Below, piece after piece: positions 1-9,970 of a DNA stretch of 64,000 nucleotides (position 1 is its first letter; every line of letters begins with the position of its first letter). The stretch is from positions 18,216-82,215 of the forward strand of contig JBGANU010000008.1 of NCBI GenBank assembly GCA_044222145.1, written 5' to 3'. The DNA is from Cyclobacteriaceae bacterium (GTDB lineage: Bacteria > Bacteroidota > Bacteroidia > Cytophagales > Cyclobacteriaceae). The notes beneath the pieces were generated by a model that searched no databases, had not been told where the DNA came from, and worked only from the letters and a program-made list of their open reading frames with translations. Made by a program: the position numbers and the translations under genes.

Positions 1-1002
1 TTGCTGAAAGAAGCCAAGGTTATTGAAGAAATGCAAAAAGTAAATGTATTAGTGATAGACAAAACAGGGACAATAACAGAAGGAAAGCCTTCACTTAAAT
101 CGGTAAAGTCATTCATCAGTTCAATAAGTGAAGATGAAATTTTAGGTAAGGCAGCATCGCTCGAAGCAAGCAGTGAACATCCTTTGGCTGAAGCGATAGT
201 AAAAGCTGCAAAAGAAAAAAAACTTTCACTAAGTGAAGTCATCAATTTTGAATCCATAACCGGTCATGGAATTACAGGAAGTATTGACGGTAAGAAGGTC
301 TTTATTGGCAATGCTAAGCTTATAAAGTCCCTGAATTTGATTCTTCCTGAGTCAAATCAAATGGAGGTGGAGCACCGTCAAGTGACAGGCGAAACTGTCA
401 TGTATGTGGTCATTGATAATCAAATCGCTGGGTATGTGAGCGCAGCCGATCCAATCAAACAAAATTCAAAAAGCGCAATTCAGGAATTGCAAAAGCAAGG
501 GTTAAGCGTCATTATGCTTACAGGCGACAATAAAAATACTGCCAAAGGTGTAGCAGAAGAATTAGGGCTAGACGGATATGAGGCCGACTACCTTCCTGTC
601 GATAAACTCAACAAAGTAAAGGAACTTCAACAAAGTGGTAAGGTCGTTGCAATGGCAGGCGATGGTATTAATGACGCCCCGGCATTGGCTCAGGCCAATG
701 TGGGTATCGCGATGGGTACAGGAACAGATGCAGCTATTCAAAGTGCTGGAATCACATTAGTTAAAGGAGACCTCCTTGGAATTATTCGAGCAAGAAGACT
801 GAGTTCTGAAGTAATGAGCAACATCAAGCAGAATCTGTTCTTTGCCTTTATTTACAATGTTGTCGGAATACCGATCGCAGCAGGTGCACTGTATCCATTT
901 TTTGGCATACTACTCAGTCCCATGCTGGCAGCGCTTGCCATGAGTTTAAGCTCTGTTTCCGTTATTGTAAACAGTCTCAGATTACGAACAAGAATCATTT
1001 AA
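1..1002 (+). CDS. Heavy-metal (probably Cu+) translocating P1B-type ATPase, C-terminal part; the 5' end is outside the window
   Basis: The ORF is open at the window edge. It has the phosphorylation motif DKTGTIT, the nucleotide-site motif SEHPLA, the hinge GDGINDAPAL and C-terminal TM helices. Confidence 0.9.
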   Translation: MLKEAKVIEEMQKVNVLVIDKTGTITEGKPSLKSVKSFISSISEDEILGKAASLEASSEHPLAEAIVKAAKEKKLSLSEVINFESITGHGITGSIDGKKVFIGNAKLIKSLNLILPESNQMEVEHRQVTGETVMYVVIDNQIAGYVSAADPIKQNSKSAIQELQKQGLSVIMLTGDNKNTAKGVAEELGLDGYEADYLPVDKLNKVKELQQSGKVVAMAGDGINDAPALAQANVGIAMGTGTDAAIQSAGITLVKGDLLGIIRARRLSSEVMSNIKQNLFFAFIYNVVGIPIAAGALYPFFGILLSPMLAALAMSLSSVSVIVNSLRLRTRII

Positions 1003-1014
1003 ACATCATATCAC

Positions 1015-1494
1015 ATGAAGTACAAACTATTCTATCTCTCGCTCTTCTTTGGATGCTTAGCTTGCTCAGGAAGTAAAGACAACGACATTGCCAAAGTTAA
1101 ATTGAAAGAACTGACAGGTCAGTCTATCGACCTTGCTCAATTCGAAGGGAAAGCCGTCTTTATCAATTTCTGGGCCACGTGGTGCAAGCCCTGCATCCAG
1201 GAAATGCCAACCATTGCAGATGCGCAGGAAAAACTTAAAAATGAAAATGTAGTTTTTCTATTTGCCTCCAACGAAGAGCCTGATCAAATAGAAAAATTTA
1301 TTAAAAAGCATTCTTATAATTTTCACTACGTGCATCTCGAAAACATGGAAGCACTCAAAATACAGGCATTGCCAACTACCTTTATTTTTAACCCAGAAGG
1401 GAAAATGAAATTCTCAGAAAATGGCTTTAGAACATGGGATGAACCCGCAAACATTGAATTGATAACTAAAATTATGAATGACCATGAAAAATAA
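1015..1494 (+). CDS. TlpA/ResA-like thioredoxin-fold thiol-disulfide oxidoreductase lipoprotein
   Basis: It has a signal peptide with a lipobox (LACSG) and the thioredoxin active site WATWCKPC. Confidence 0.85.
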   Translation: MKYKLFYLSLFFGCLACSGSKDNDIAKVKLKELTGQSIDLAQFEGKAVFINFWATWCKPCIQEMPTIADAQEKLKNENVVFLFASNEEPDQIEKFIKKHSYNFHYVHLENMEALKIQALPTTFIFNPEGKMKFSENGFRTWDEPANIELITKIMNDHEK

Positions 1495-2704
1495 ATTATA
1501 CATCTTCCTTCTCTGCGTGATCGGCATCGCTTGTTCGCCAAAGAAAAATGCAAATGAATCAACACGCGAAGTTATTTCCATGTCTTCTCCCGCGAAATCA
1601 AATAGCGGTGAGCCTTTCTTGTTCACCGATAAAGACAGCACGGTATATTTATCTTGGATAGAGAAAAGTGAGGATAAGAGCACATTCAGGTTTTCAAGCC
1701 TTAAGAAAGGTGAGTGGTCAGAGCCAGTGATTATCGCCTCAGGTAATACATGGTTTATAAATTGGGCAGACTATCCAATGGTCGCAGCCAACGGGAATCA
1801 AATGATGGCACACTTTCTTGATAGGAGCGGGGAGGGAACGTATTCCTACGATGTGAAGCTGACGTCATCAAATGATAAAGGTAAAGCCTGGCTTGATCCC
1901 TTTTTACTCCATGATGACAAAAAGCAAGCCGAGCATGGCTTCGTTACGCTCCTTCCTTATGGAGACAATTTCTTCGTTAGCTGGCTTGATGGGCGGAATA
2001 CAGTAGTGGAAGGCATGGAGGGAATGGATCATAAAGAAGGTAGTCACGGAGCTCATCATGGAGCGATGAGCCTGAGGGCAGCCATAATCGATAGCAAGGG
2101 AAACAAGATTAACGAATGGGAACTCGATAATAAGACATGTGATTGCTGTCAAACCAGCGCAGCCATTACGGCTAGTGGACCAGTTGTTATTTATCGCGAC
2201 AGGTCGGATGAGGAAATCAGGGATATGTCAATCGTAAGACTAATTGATGGTCATTGGACAGAACCAAAACCCATTCATGAAGACAATTGGAAAATTGCCG
2301 GATGTCCTGTCAATGGACCTCGTGTGGTGGCTAATGGAAGAGATCTTGCTGCGGCATGGTATTCGGTAGCATCAGACACCTCAAAAGTGAATGTAGTTTT
2401 CTCTGCTGATGGTGGTGCCACTTTTGGAAAACCAATCCGTGTTGATGAGGGAAGCGCCATTGGGCGTGTCGATATTGTCATGTTAGATGACAAGAGCGTA
2501 ATGGTGAGTTGGATGGAAGGAACAATGATCAAGGCCGCCAAAGTTTATTCAGACGGGAGACTAGAACCGTCAATTATTATAGCGTCAAGTTCTGAATCCC
2601 GGTCGAGTGGGTTTCCACAAATGACTAAATCAGGAAATCGATTGATCTTTGCCTGGACAGATGACAAAGAAAAGAATATAAAAGTGGTAAGCGTTTTACT
2701 ATAG
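1478..2704 (+). CDS. BNR/Asp-box repeat (sialidase-fold) lipoprotein of unknown function
   Basis: It has a lipoprotein signal (GIACS) and the Asp-box motifs SSNDKGKAW and SADGGATF. The 408-aa ORF overlaps the upstream gene by 17 nt. Confidence 0.75.
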   Translation: MTMKNKLYIFLLCVIGIACSPKKNANESTREVISMSSPAKSNSGEPFLFTDKDSTVYLSWIEKSEDKSTFRFSSLKKGEWSEPVIIASGNTWFINWADYPMVAANGNQMMAHFLDRSGEGTYSYDVKLTSSNDKGKAWLDPFLLHDDKKQAEHGFVTLLPYGDNFFVSWLDGRNTVVEGMEGMDHKEGSHGAHHGAMSLRAAIIDSKGNKINEWELDNKTCDCCQTSAAITASGPVVIYRDRSDEEIRDMSIVRLIDGHWTEPKPIHEDNWKIAGCPVNGPRVVANGRDLAAAWYSVASDTSKVNVVFSADGGATFGKPIRVDEGSAIGRVDIVMLDDKSVMVSWMEGTMIKAAKVYSDGRLEPSIIIASSSESRSSGFPQMTKSGNRLIFAWTDDKEKNIKVVSVLL

Positions 2705-3002
2705 GATTGCAATGAGTCCGAAAGCAATACCACTAATGTTGAGTGTTCCTCTGTTTTGAAAGCACAAGCATTTTTGGCTTAGGTGGTTAAATTCCAATTC
2801 GCAGCATGAAAGGAATTGGGGTCTAGTTGTCTCTCTTTGAAAGACCTGTCCCAGAGAGCCCGTCTTTTCTATTAGTGCAGTTGCATAAAAAAAATATCAA
2901 TGGAATTTAATTAGAGATTAAGAGGTTTTTACTTGATTTTTGAATAGGCAACACCACGTGAACAGGGGTACCCATAATTGGTAAAATAGCTAACACAGGA
3001 CA

Positions 3003-3800
3003 ATGAAAAAATTAAAGATTATTCTTTTAGTATTTGGCGGACTAACTATTACCTATTTCGGAGTAAAGACACTTAGAGATATTTCAGTCGTAGACAAATT
3101 AACGGAATTAAGAACAGACCATTTTGTTATTTCATATCATGGGATTTATAAAGAGGAAGCGCAAGACATAGCTGACAACCTAGAACAAAATTACGACAGG
3201 ATTAGAGCCAATTTAAAAGATCCAGACCATGATACAATTCAAGTATTTGTTCATCCGACACAGACCGACTTTAATAAAGGAACAGGACTTTTGAATAGTA
3301 ATGCAAATGGGACAAGCCGCGGCCCCCAAGAATTCCATTTCCTTTGGACAACCTGGTTTAACAGCATTTTTCCCAATGACCCATTAAAGACAGCGATTCA
3401 TGAATTTACTCATTGTATTCAGTTGAACATTCTGATAAAAAAAATGCAAGGAGAATTAGTAAACGAGGACAAAGAGCAATTTGATAAATTATTCGAGGAG
3501 AAATTTAACAACGAATATCCTCAATGGTTTTGGGAAGCTATCTGTGACTACGAAGCAGGTATCGTAAATAATATGAGTGTGAAGTATAGTATGAGAAAAC
3601 ATCTTACCCTGAAAGACTTGAACAAGAGCAATCAAATTTATAATGTTGGTTATACCATTGTCGAATATATTGTTGAGAAATGGGGTAAAGACAAATTATG
3701 CACTTTAATTACATCCTACGTTGATATTAAAACTGTTTTAGGAGTAAGCGAATCTGATTTTGAGAGGGGCTGGGCGGACTATGTTAACGAAAGATACTAA
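3003..3800 (+). CDS. Membrane-anchored hypothetical protein with an HExxH motif (possible zinc metallopeptidase-like)
   Basis: It has an N-terminal TM helix and the motif IHEFTHCIQ (HExxH). No other family signature was recognised. Confidence 0.6.
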   Translation: MKKLKIILLVFGGLTITYFGVKTLRDISVVDKLTELRTDHFVISYHGIYKEEAQDIADNLEQNYDRIRANLKDPDHDTIQVFVHPTQTDFNKGTGLLNSNANGTSRGPQEFHFLWTTWFNSIFPNDPLKTAIHEFTHCIQLNILIKKMQGELVNEDKEQFDKLFEEKFNNEYPQWFWEAICDYEAGIVNNMSVKYSMRKHLTLKDLNKSNQIYNVGYTIVEYIVEKWGKDKLCTLITSYVDIKTVLGVSESDFERGWADYVNERY

Positions 3801-3981
3801 CGCTTGACAAAGATGAGTTTTTCATTTCTCATAGGCACAGTTTCGGAAATGGTCGAACTTAGACAAATTGGCGACAATATTAATCATACTAGCATTTGTA
3901 TTGCTTGTCTCTGGCTCATCAAGCGTTTTGCCAAAACTGATTAAAGCAGGTGAGATTGTTTGTTTTTTATATCTTTACGCC

Positions 3982-4377
3982 ATGCGCATCCTTACAGCCT
4001 TAAGTCTGTTCCTGGCCCTAAGTGTAATATTGGCGCATTCCGTATTTCCTCACCACCATCATAACGTAAAAACAGAAAAAGCTAAACATAGCCAAGAACA
4101 TCAACATAGTCACGACAAGAGCAATAGACATCAGCACAATGATGATTCGGATAGTCACCATCACGGTCTTTTTACCTACAGCCAAATAGACAATATATTT
4201 TTAACAGGCAAACAGGTTATTGTTCCAATAACACTAACCCCCATTATTGAGATTTTTGAATGGTCTTTTATTGCCTATAATACTCAGGAACCAGATAACT
4301 TTTATCGAAAGGATATCGAACTTCCTCCCTTGATATGTTGTCAGGAGATTTCTTTTCGCGGCCCTCCCATCATTTGA
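3982..4377 (+). CDS. His-rich single-pass membrane protein (DUF6660-like architecture)
   Basis: The internal ATG at 3982 gives MRILTALSLFLALSVILAHS (TM helix), then HHHHN...HQHSHD...HQHNDDSDSHHH. The C-terminus has the motifs PPLICC and FRGPPII. Confidence 0.6.
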   Translation: MRILTALSLFLALSVILAHSVFPHHHHNVKTEKAKHSQEHQHSHDKSNRHQHNDDSDSHHHGLFTYSQIDNIFLTGKQVIVPITLTPIIEIFEWSFIAYNTQEPDNFYRKDIELPPLICCQEISFRGPPII

Positions 4378-4467
4378 TATCTCATTTTCTGTTCTGAAAG
4401 TATAACTACTTCTGTGTTTCAGGAGTAAGTCATTTATTCAATTTATTTACTAATCAATAAAACATCT

Positions 4468-4680
4468 ATGAAAAATCTTTGCATTGCTGCTATTGCAGTT
4501 CTATTTTTTATTGCGTCTTGCGGAAAAAAATCCGAAGGAACACACACACATGATGATGGCAGTGTACACGCAGACCATGCAGACACCACCAAACAAGAAG
4601 AAGTTAAAATCGTGGGTGATTCAACTAAGCAAGAAAGTCCTAAAGACACATTAGCACACGGTCACTCGCATGATCACTAG
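4468..4680 (+). CDS. Small His-rich lipoprotein, putative periplasmic metal-binding protein
   Basis: It has a lipobox (FIASCG). The mature part is rich in His and Asp (THTHDDGSVHADHAD ... HGHSHDH). Confidence 0.65.
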   Translation: MKNLCIAAIAVLFFIASCGKKSEGTHTHDDGSVHADHADTTKQEEVKIVGDSTKQESPKDTLAHGHSHDH

Positions 4681-4784
4681 TTGTTAAATAATTGGCGTTA
4701 TGTGTGACAACGAGTTTTTACAAGTGCGCGTATCGCCAATTAACTTGTTTATTAAATCTATTGAAGCTTTTGAATTAAAAACGT

Positions 4785-5417
4785 ATGATGCATAAAAAAA
4801 TAATTTCACTCGGGTTTCTGTTGATCCTTTCCATTTTTGCAACTCACGTTTTTGCCCACGGAGTTGACGGCAGCACGAAAGCCTTTTTGCTGGGCAACGA
4901 TGGAGTTGCCTTTGTTCCTTTTTTATACATAGGAGCAAAACACATGCTTACAGGCTACGATCACTTACTATTTCTTGTTGGAGTGATTTTCTTTCTATAC
5001 CGACCAAAAGAAGTGTTAATCTATGTTAGCTTTTTTACGATTGGGCATAGCATAACCTTGCTCTTTGGTGTGCTGAGTAAGATCTCTGTTAATCCTTTTT
5101 TGATTGATGCCATCATAGCACTATCAATTGTCTATAAAGGGTTTGATAACCTTGGTGGATTTAAACAGCTATTTGGGTTTCAGCCAAACACGAAGGCTGC
5201 GGTATTGATCTTTGGATTGTTTCACGGGTTTGGCCTCGCCACGAAATTGCAAGAGTTTGAATTCAATCGGGAAGGACTGCTGACAAACATAATAGGTTTT
5301 AACATAGGAGTTGAAGTGGGTCAATTCATTGCATTGACTTTTGTTCTTATTCTGATAACCCTTTGGCGAAGTATGATAGCTTTAATCGGTTCTCAACCCT
5401 TACCAATACCTTGTTGA
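4785..5417 (+). CDS. HupE/UreJ-family membrane protein (putative Ni/Co-type metal permease)
   Basis: It has a signal sequence followed by AHG, the motif KHMLTGYDHLLFLVGVIF and about 6 TM helices, which is typical of the HupE_UreJ_2 family. Confidence 0.7.
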   Translation: MMHKKIISLGFLLILSIFATHVFAHGVDGSTKAFLLGNDGVAFVPFLYIGAKHMLTGYDHLLFLVGVIFFLYRPKEVLIYVSFFTIGHSITLLFGVLSKISVNPFLIDAIIALSIVYKGFDNLGGFKQLFGFQPNTKAAVLIFGLFHGFGLATKLQEFEFNREGLLTNIIGFNIGVEVGQFIALTFVLILITLWRSMIALIGSQPLPIPC

Positions 5418-5483
5418 TGACCTCAGGTATTGTATTGATAGGGTATCAGCTAACAGGCTATTTCACTTCTTAAAAAAAATTAT

Positions 5484-6122
5484 ATGACAGATTTTAATCA
5501 ACCAACTATAGAAACAAAGAAAATTATTAGAGCACTGGTATATGCTTTAATCATGGGAATAGTCGTATTGATCACTGCCGTACTGCCAGCAGAATACGGC
5601 ATCGATCCCATAGGATCAGGAAAACTTTTAGGCTTTAGTAAGCTTTATCAACCCACTGAAACGGTAAGTGACAAGGAGGTTACTGAAGCCCCTACGCAAA
5701 AGCCTTTTAAAATTCTTACACTTGAGGATGCTGGTTCAGAACCTGATGTTAAAAAACCGAAGGAGGCAGACAATCCACCTCCTGCCAAGCAATATGAGTC
5801 GCGTGAAGACACCATAACCATTACAATTCCCGCAGGTAAAGGACTAGAGTACAAAGTACTTCTTCTGAAATACGGAAGCATGAAATACGAATGGATAACG
5901 GATAGTGAAATTCTCTTTTTTGATTTTCATGGCGAAGTGAAAGAATTGAATCCTCCGAAAAATGTATTCTATGAAAGTTATACGGTGGCTTACTCCAAAA
6001 ATATGATTGGCACATTTCTGGCGCCATTCGAAGGAAGGCATGGCTGGTATTTCAAAAATTCAGGGTCTTCGGATGTACAGGTGAGACTTAGATTAAAGGG
6101 GGAGTATCGTCTCATTGAGTGA
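5484..6122 (+). CDS. Membrane-anchored hypothetical protein with a Pro/Lys-rich linker and a beta-rich C-terminal domain
   Basis: This is a 212-aa ORF with one N-terminal TM helix and the linker PDVKKPKEADNPPPAK. No catalytic motif was recognised. Confidence 0.65.
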   Translation: MTDFNQPTIETKKIIRALVYALIMGIVVLITAVLPAEYGIDPIGSGKLLGFSKLYQPTETVSDKEVTEAPTQKPFKILTLEDAGSEPDVKKPKEADNPPPAKQYESREDTITITIPAGKGLEYKVLLLKYGSMKYEWITDSEILFFDFHGEVKELNPPKNVFYESYTVAYSKNMIGTFLAPFEGRHGWYFKNSGSSDVQVRLRLKGEYRLIE

Positions 6123-6267
6123 AATTCTCTTACATGTTTTCAGAATTATTAAAAGTCCGGTTACTAATAAAGGGATAACAAATCGCTTGAAATTCATGGA
6201 ATATCGCAACTATTGTTACCATTTACTCATTCGCAACCCTGTTGCACAGCTTTTCCGTTACATTTGT

Positions 6268-6591
6268 ATGGTGAAAGTCATCCGGTTCATATTAGCAGTT
6301 TACGTTATCGCTCTCTCGGTTTACCCGTGCAGTGATCCGTATACCTGTAAGGATGAACTTCAACAAGGTGAACAAGTGGCCAATGTTTCCGATCATGAGC
6401 ATTCTGATGATGAACAAGACGTATGCACCCCCTTCTGCATTTGTTCTTGCTGCGCTGCACATATTAGACTCTCCTCTGTATCTGATGTAGACTTTGCTGG
6501 TACTATTCACAACACCAAAGAGACGATACCCTATATCGAAAAACAGGGATTGTCTGATCACAACCATATCTGGCAACCGCCCAAAATCTAA
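6268..6591 (+). CDS. DUF6660-like small Cys/His-rich membrane protein
   Basis: The internal ATG at 6268 gives MVKVIRFILAVYVIALSVYPCSD. The protein also has CTPFCICSCCAAH, DHEHSDDEQD and a C-terminal WQPPKI. It lies directly upstream of czcA, as I recall for this family. Confidence 0.6.
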   Translation: MVKVIRFILAVYVIALSVYPCSDPYTCKDELQQGEQVANVSDHEHSDDEQDVCTPFCICSCCAAHIRLSSVSDVDFAGTIHNTKETIPYIEKQGLSDHNHIWQPPKI

Positions 6592-6604
6592 GCTCTGATT
6601 TTTT

Positions 6605-6627
6605 GCGTCTTCTTTGACGCGTTTTTT
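6605..6627 (+). terminator. Weak hairpin plus T-run after the DUF6660-like gene
   Basis: The sequence is gcgtc-ttcttt-gacgc followed by gtttttt. The stem is only 5 bp. Confidence 0.3.
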
Positions 6628-6673
6628 CTAAGGCAATTCATTTTGCCCTGGCAAAGGACTTTTTGGGCTTAAC

Positions 6674-6829
6674 ATGAAAAATAATAAACAGAAAGATAAA
6701 AAGCTGAAGAACAGGAAAGGTATGATCTCCAAGATCATAGGCTATTTCTTGTGGATACTCTTCATTCTTTTCATCCTTTTGATCTTGTTATTGATTTGGT
6801 TACTCCGGACTCTCAATTTAAAACACTAA
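6674..6829 (+). CDS. Possible 51-aa Lys-rich single-TM micro-protein upstream of czcA
   Basis: The ATG at 6674 gives MKNNKQKDKKLKNRKGMISKIIGYFLWILFILFILLILLLIWLLRTLNLKH. It is below the ORF-track cutoff and there is no homology evidence. Confidence 0.3.
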   Translation: MKNNKQKDKKLKNRKGMISKIIGYFLWILFILFILLILLLIWLLRTLNLKH

Positions 6830-6835
6830 TTATTT

Positions 6836-9800
6836 ATGTTAGACAAGATCATTCATTACTCAATACAAAATAAGCTCGTCATTGGACTTTTGACACTCGG
6901 ATTGATTGTATGGGGAAGTTATTCATTAACGCAACTTCCCATTGATGCAGTACCCGACATTACCAATAATCAGGTGCAAATCATAACTATAGCGCCATCT
7001 CAATCTGCATTGGATATTGAGCGCCTCGTGACCTTTCCGGTAGAGCAAACCATGGCGACTATCCCGAACATTGAAGAGATAAGAAGTTTTTCAAGGTTCG
7101 GACTATCTGTTGTTACAATTGTCTTCCATGACAATGTAGATGTTTATTGGGCCCGTCAGCAAGCCAATGAGCGACTAGCTATGGCCGCAAAGCAAATTCC
7201 ACCAGGTGTAGGTTCCCCTGAGCTTGCTCCTGTAACCACAGGACTTGGGGAAATTTATCAATACATCATCCGACCAAAGAAAGGTTATGAAGATAAATTC
7301 AATCCAATGGAACTTCGATCTATTCAGGATTGGATTGTAAGAAGACAGTTACTTGGCACTGCTGGTGTAGCTGATGTAGCAAGTTTCGGTGGCTACTTAA
7401 AACAATATGAGATAGCATTAAATCCGGACAAACTCCATAGTCAAAATCTTAGCATAGCTGAAGTCTTTTCCGCACTTGAAAAAAACAATCAAAACACAGG
7501 CGGAGCATATATAGACAAAAAACCTAATGCATGGTTCATTCGCAGCGAAGGACTTATTGGTTCTTTAGAAGAAATCGGGAAAATTGTTGTGAAGAATACA
7601 AGCACCGGTATTCCAGTTCTTATTCGCGATATCGCAGAGGTTGGCTTTGGTCATGCAAACCGATTTGGTGCGATGACATTCAACAATGAAGGTGAGGTAG
7701 TAGGCGCTATTGTGCTAATGCTTAAGGGTGAGAATTCAAGTGCGGTAGTAGAACGCGTGAAGCAACGTATTACTCAAATTGAAAAGACGCTTCCCGAGGG
7801 ACTTGAAATTGACGCCTTCCTGGATCGCAGTAGATTGGTTGATCGGGCAATAGGAACGGTGGAGAAGAACCTGATTGAGGGGGCATTAATTGTCATTGCC
7901 GTACTTGTTCTGTTCTTAGGAAACCTACGAGCTGGTTTAATAGTGGCTTCCATTATTCCACTGGCCATGCTGTTTGCGGTATCACTTATGCACGTCTTCG
8001 GTGTTTCTGGTAACCTAATGAGTCTGGGAGCGATTGACTTTGGTTTGATTGTAGACGGTGCTGTAATAATTGTTGAAGCAACCATGCATCACTTGGGATT
8101 GCGCAATGCCATTCGATTGACCAAAGAGGAAATGGATTTGGAAGTCTATCAATCCGCTTCCAAAATCAGAACATCAGCTGCCTTCGGAGAGATCATAATT
8201 TTAATTGTGTATCTGCCTATTCTGGCTTTGGTGGGTGTTGAGGGCAAAATGTTCAAGCCTATGGCACAAACTGTTGCCTTTGCTATACTTGGAGCATTCA
8301 TATTGTCACTCACCTATGTGCCAATGATGTCTGCTCTGTTCCTGAGCAAGAATACGCAGCACAAACAAAATTTTTCAGACAGGATGATGGCTTTCTTTCA
8401 TAGAGTTTATGAGCCAATCATCATTGGAGCACTAAGGCAGAAGCTAATTGTAATAACATCTGCCGTTCTCTTGTTTATATCAAGCATTTTAATTTTCGCT
8501 AAGATGGGCGGAGAATTTTTGCCTACGTTGGAAGAAGGTGATTTTGCAGTGGAGACACGTGTACTCACGGGCAGCAGTCTATCTTATACAATTGATGCCG
8601 CTACTAAAGGTGCAGATGTTATCCTTCGCGAATTTCCCGATGAAGTGAGAGAAGTGGTTGCCAAGATTGGTTCGTCCGAAATTCCAACCGACCCAATGCC
8701 TATTGAGGCTTGCGATCTGATGATCATTCTAAAAGACAAGAGTGAATGGAAGAAAGCTAAAGGTCGCGAAGAATTGGTGGAAAAAATGAGCGAAGCTCTG
8801 GAAGACGTTCCGGGCGTAACATTCGGCTTTCAACAACCTATTCAAATGAGGTTTAATGAATTGATGACAGGCGTTCGTCAGGACGTTGCCATAAAAATTT
8901 TTGGCGAAGACCTTGATATACTCACTGATCTTTCACAACAAATTGGAAAAGTGGTAGGCACGGTACAAGGGTCGCGCGATTTGTATGTAGAAGAAATGAC
9001 CGGCCTCCCACAAATCGTAATCAAAATTGATCGCGATGAAGTAGCAAAATACGGTCTGGCAATTGAAACAATTAATCAGGCTGTTAACACAGCCTTCGCA
9101 GGACAAGCAGCCGGGCTAGTATTTGAAGGGGAAAGACGTTATGACCTTACGGTAAGGTTAGCGATTCAAAACCGTCAAAGCATTGATGATGTTCGTAACC
9201 TCTTTATCACTTCCCCGAAAGGAGAGCAAGTTCCGCTCAAGCAATTGGCTGAAGTTGATTTCAAAATTGGCCCCAACCAGATACAACGGGAAGATGCCAA
9301 AAGGAGGATTATTGTTGGCTTCAATGTTTCAGGCAGGGACATTGCCAGTGTGGTGAAAGAGATTCAGCAAAAGATCGAAAAACAGGTAGACTTTCCTCCC
9401 GGATATTATCCAACGTATGGAGGTCAGTTTGAAAACCTTGAGAAAGCACAAGCTAGACTGGCAATTGCAGTACCAGCAGCATTGATACTAATATTCATTT
9501 TATTGTTTTTGACTTTCCACTCGATCAAGCAATCCGTATTGATCTTCACTGCCATCCCTATGTCTGCCATAGGTGGGATTTTCGCTTTGCTTCTCCGGGG
9601 CATGCCCTTTAGTATTTCTGCAGGTGTTGGGTTCATCGCTTTGTTTGGTGTGGCCGTGTTGAATGGTATCGTACTCATAGCTGAATTCAATCGATTAAAA
9701 AAAGAAGGTCTGACAGATTTAAAAGCTATTGTTATGAAAGCGACTTCCGTACGCCTTCGGCCAGTGTTGATGACCGCCTCCGTTGCTTCACTTGGTTTTA

Positions 9801-9970
9801 TGCCGATGGCATTGGCCACCAGTGCAGGAGCTGAAGTACAAAAACCATTGGCGACAGTTGTGATTGGCGGCTTGATTAGCGCTACGGTGCTTACGCTAAT
9901 TGTATTGCCTTGCCTCTATATCTATTTTGAAAATTTCGGTTCTAAAAAATTAAAGGATTCAACAATATGA
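6836..9970 (+). CDS. czcA: CusA/CzcA-family heavy-metal efflux RND transporter
   Basis: This is a 1044-aa protein with 12-TM RND architecture. The N-terminus MLDKIIHYSIQNKLVIGLL..DAVPDITNNQVQI is typical of the HME-RND family. Confidence 0.95.
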   Translation: MLDKIIHYSIQNKLVIGLLTLGLIVWGSYSLTQLPIDAVPDITNNQVQIITIAPSQSALDIERLVTFPVEQTMATIPNIEEIRSFSRFGLSVVTIVFHDNVDVYWARQQANERLAMAAKQIPPGVGSPELAPVTTGLGEIYQYIIRPKKGYEDKFNPMELRSIQDWIVRRQLLGTAGVADVASFGGYLKQYEIALNPDKLHSQNLSIAEVFSALEKNNQNTGGAYIDKKPNAWFIRSEGLIGSLEEIGKIVVKNTSTGIPVLIRDIAEVGFGHANRFGAMTFNNEGEVVGAIVLMLKGENSSAVVERVKQRITQIEKTLPEGLEIDAFLDRSRLVDRAIGTVEKNLIEGALIVIAVLVLFLGNLRAGLIVASIIPLAMLFAVSLMHVFGVSGNLMSLGAIDFGLIVDGAVIIVEATMHHLGLRNAIRLTKEEMDLEVYQSASKIRTSAAFGEIIILIVYLPILALVGVEGKMFKPMAQTVAFAILGAFILSLTYVPMMSALFLSKNTQHKQNFSDRMMAFFHRVYEPIIIGALRQKLIVITSAVLLFISSILIFAKMGGEFLPTLEEGDFAVETRVLTGSSLSYTIDAATKGADVILREFPDEVREVVAKIGSSEIPTDPMPIEACDLMIILKDKSEWKKAKGREELVEKMSEALEDVPGVTFGFQQPIQMRFNELMTGVRQDVAIKIFGEDLDILTDLSQQIGKVVGTVQGSRDLYVEEMTGLPQIVIKIDRDEVAKYGLAIETINQAVNTAFAGQAAGLVFEGERRYDLTVRLAIQNRQSIDDVRNLFITSPKGEQVPLKQLAEVDFKIGPNQIQREDAKRRIIVGFNVSGRDIASVVKEIQQKIEKQVDFPPGYYPTYGGQFENLEKAQARLAIAVPAALILIFILLFLTFHSIKQSVLIFTAIPMSAIGGIFALLLRGMPFSISAGVGFIALFGVAVLNGIVLIAEFNRLKKEGLTDLKAIVMKATSVRLRPVLMTASVASLGFMPMALATSAGAEVQKPLATVVIGGLISATVLTLIVLPCLYIYFENFGSKKLKDSTI

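Noticed and set aside
3868-3981. The ORF track gives an upstream extension of the His-rich membrane protein, starting at a TTG.
   Set aside because: The ATG at 3982 gives a clean N-terminal TM helix directly followed by the His tract. The extension depends on a non-ATG start.
6115-6267. The ORF track gives a long N-terminal extension of the DUF6660-like ORF (track start 6115).
   Set aside because: The extension overlaps the previous gene end and has no signal or TM character. The internal ATG at 6268 gives the family-typical MxxxxRFILAVYVIALSVYPCSD start.
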